NCBI GenBank assembly: GCA_951406725.2
Contig: OX597817.1
Coordinates: 9,052,001-9,116,000, forward strand
DNA from: Octopus vulgaris
Taxonomy: Eukaryota
DNA length: 64,000 nucleotides
Direction of reading: 5' to 3'
Position numbers and translations under genes: made by a program. Shown piece after piece: positions 63,722-64,000 of this stretch (positions within the stretch are counted from its first letter, which is position 1; each line of letters starts with the position of its first letter). The notes under the pieces were generated by a model. The model was not told the origin of the DNA. It worked only from the letters and a program-made list of their open reading frames with translations, and made no database searches.

Positions 63722-63900
63722 CATCATCATCATCATCATCGTTTAAAGTCCGTTTTCCACGCTAGCACGGGTTGGACGGTTCGACCAGGGTCTGGGAAGC
63801 CAGGGGCTGCACCAGGCTCCAGTCTGATCTGGCAGAGTTTCTACAGCTGGATGCCCTTCCTAACGCCAACCACTCCGCGAGTGTAGTGGGTGCTTTTTAC
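63722..63900 (-). mobile_element. RTE-type LINE 3'UTR fragment
   Basis: (CAT)n followed by family 3'UTR sequence. Confidence 0.85.
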
Positions 63901-64000
63901 GGTCCAATAGTTTCTTAAATGGTGGCTTAAGAGCGATAAAGATGATGGTATGGAATACTATTTGTCATTTACAAGCATCATAAATGGTGGAATAAGATTG

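Overview
AT-rich, repeat-saturated animal DNA. The SINE families, microsatellite load and divergent 5.8S rRNA suggest a cephalopod, probably Octopus (inferred, not searched). No intact host protein-coding gene can be supported; almost all long ORFs are microsatellite artefacts. RNA genes: two intron-containing tRNA-Ile(UAU) genes in a local duplication, and an orphan near-full-length 5.8S rRNA copy abutting a trimeric SINE. Most of the rest is mobile DNA: three tRNA-headed SINE groups (labelled A, B, C here), fragments of CR1/L2, RTE, R4/Dong-type and Tx1/L1-type LINEs, Penelope remnants, minimal hammerhead ribozyme motifs, a Sola-type transposase pseudogene, Tc1/mariner fossils, Tigger/hAT MITEs, Helitrons and two solo LTRs. 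There is also a 6.8-kb array of an 89-bp satellite containing an assembly gap. Best leads: shared A-C mismatches in identical tRNA exons, a possible 5.8S-SINE chimeric retrocopy, small hammerhead-carrying elements in (TA)n, a covarying 3' stem-loop in retroposon tails, and multimeric or tail-swapped SINEs. All family names come from motif recognition by eye.
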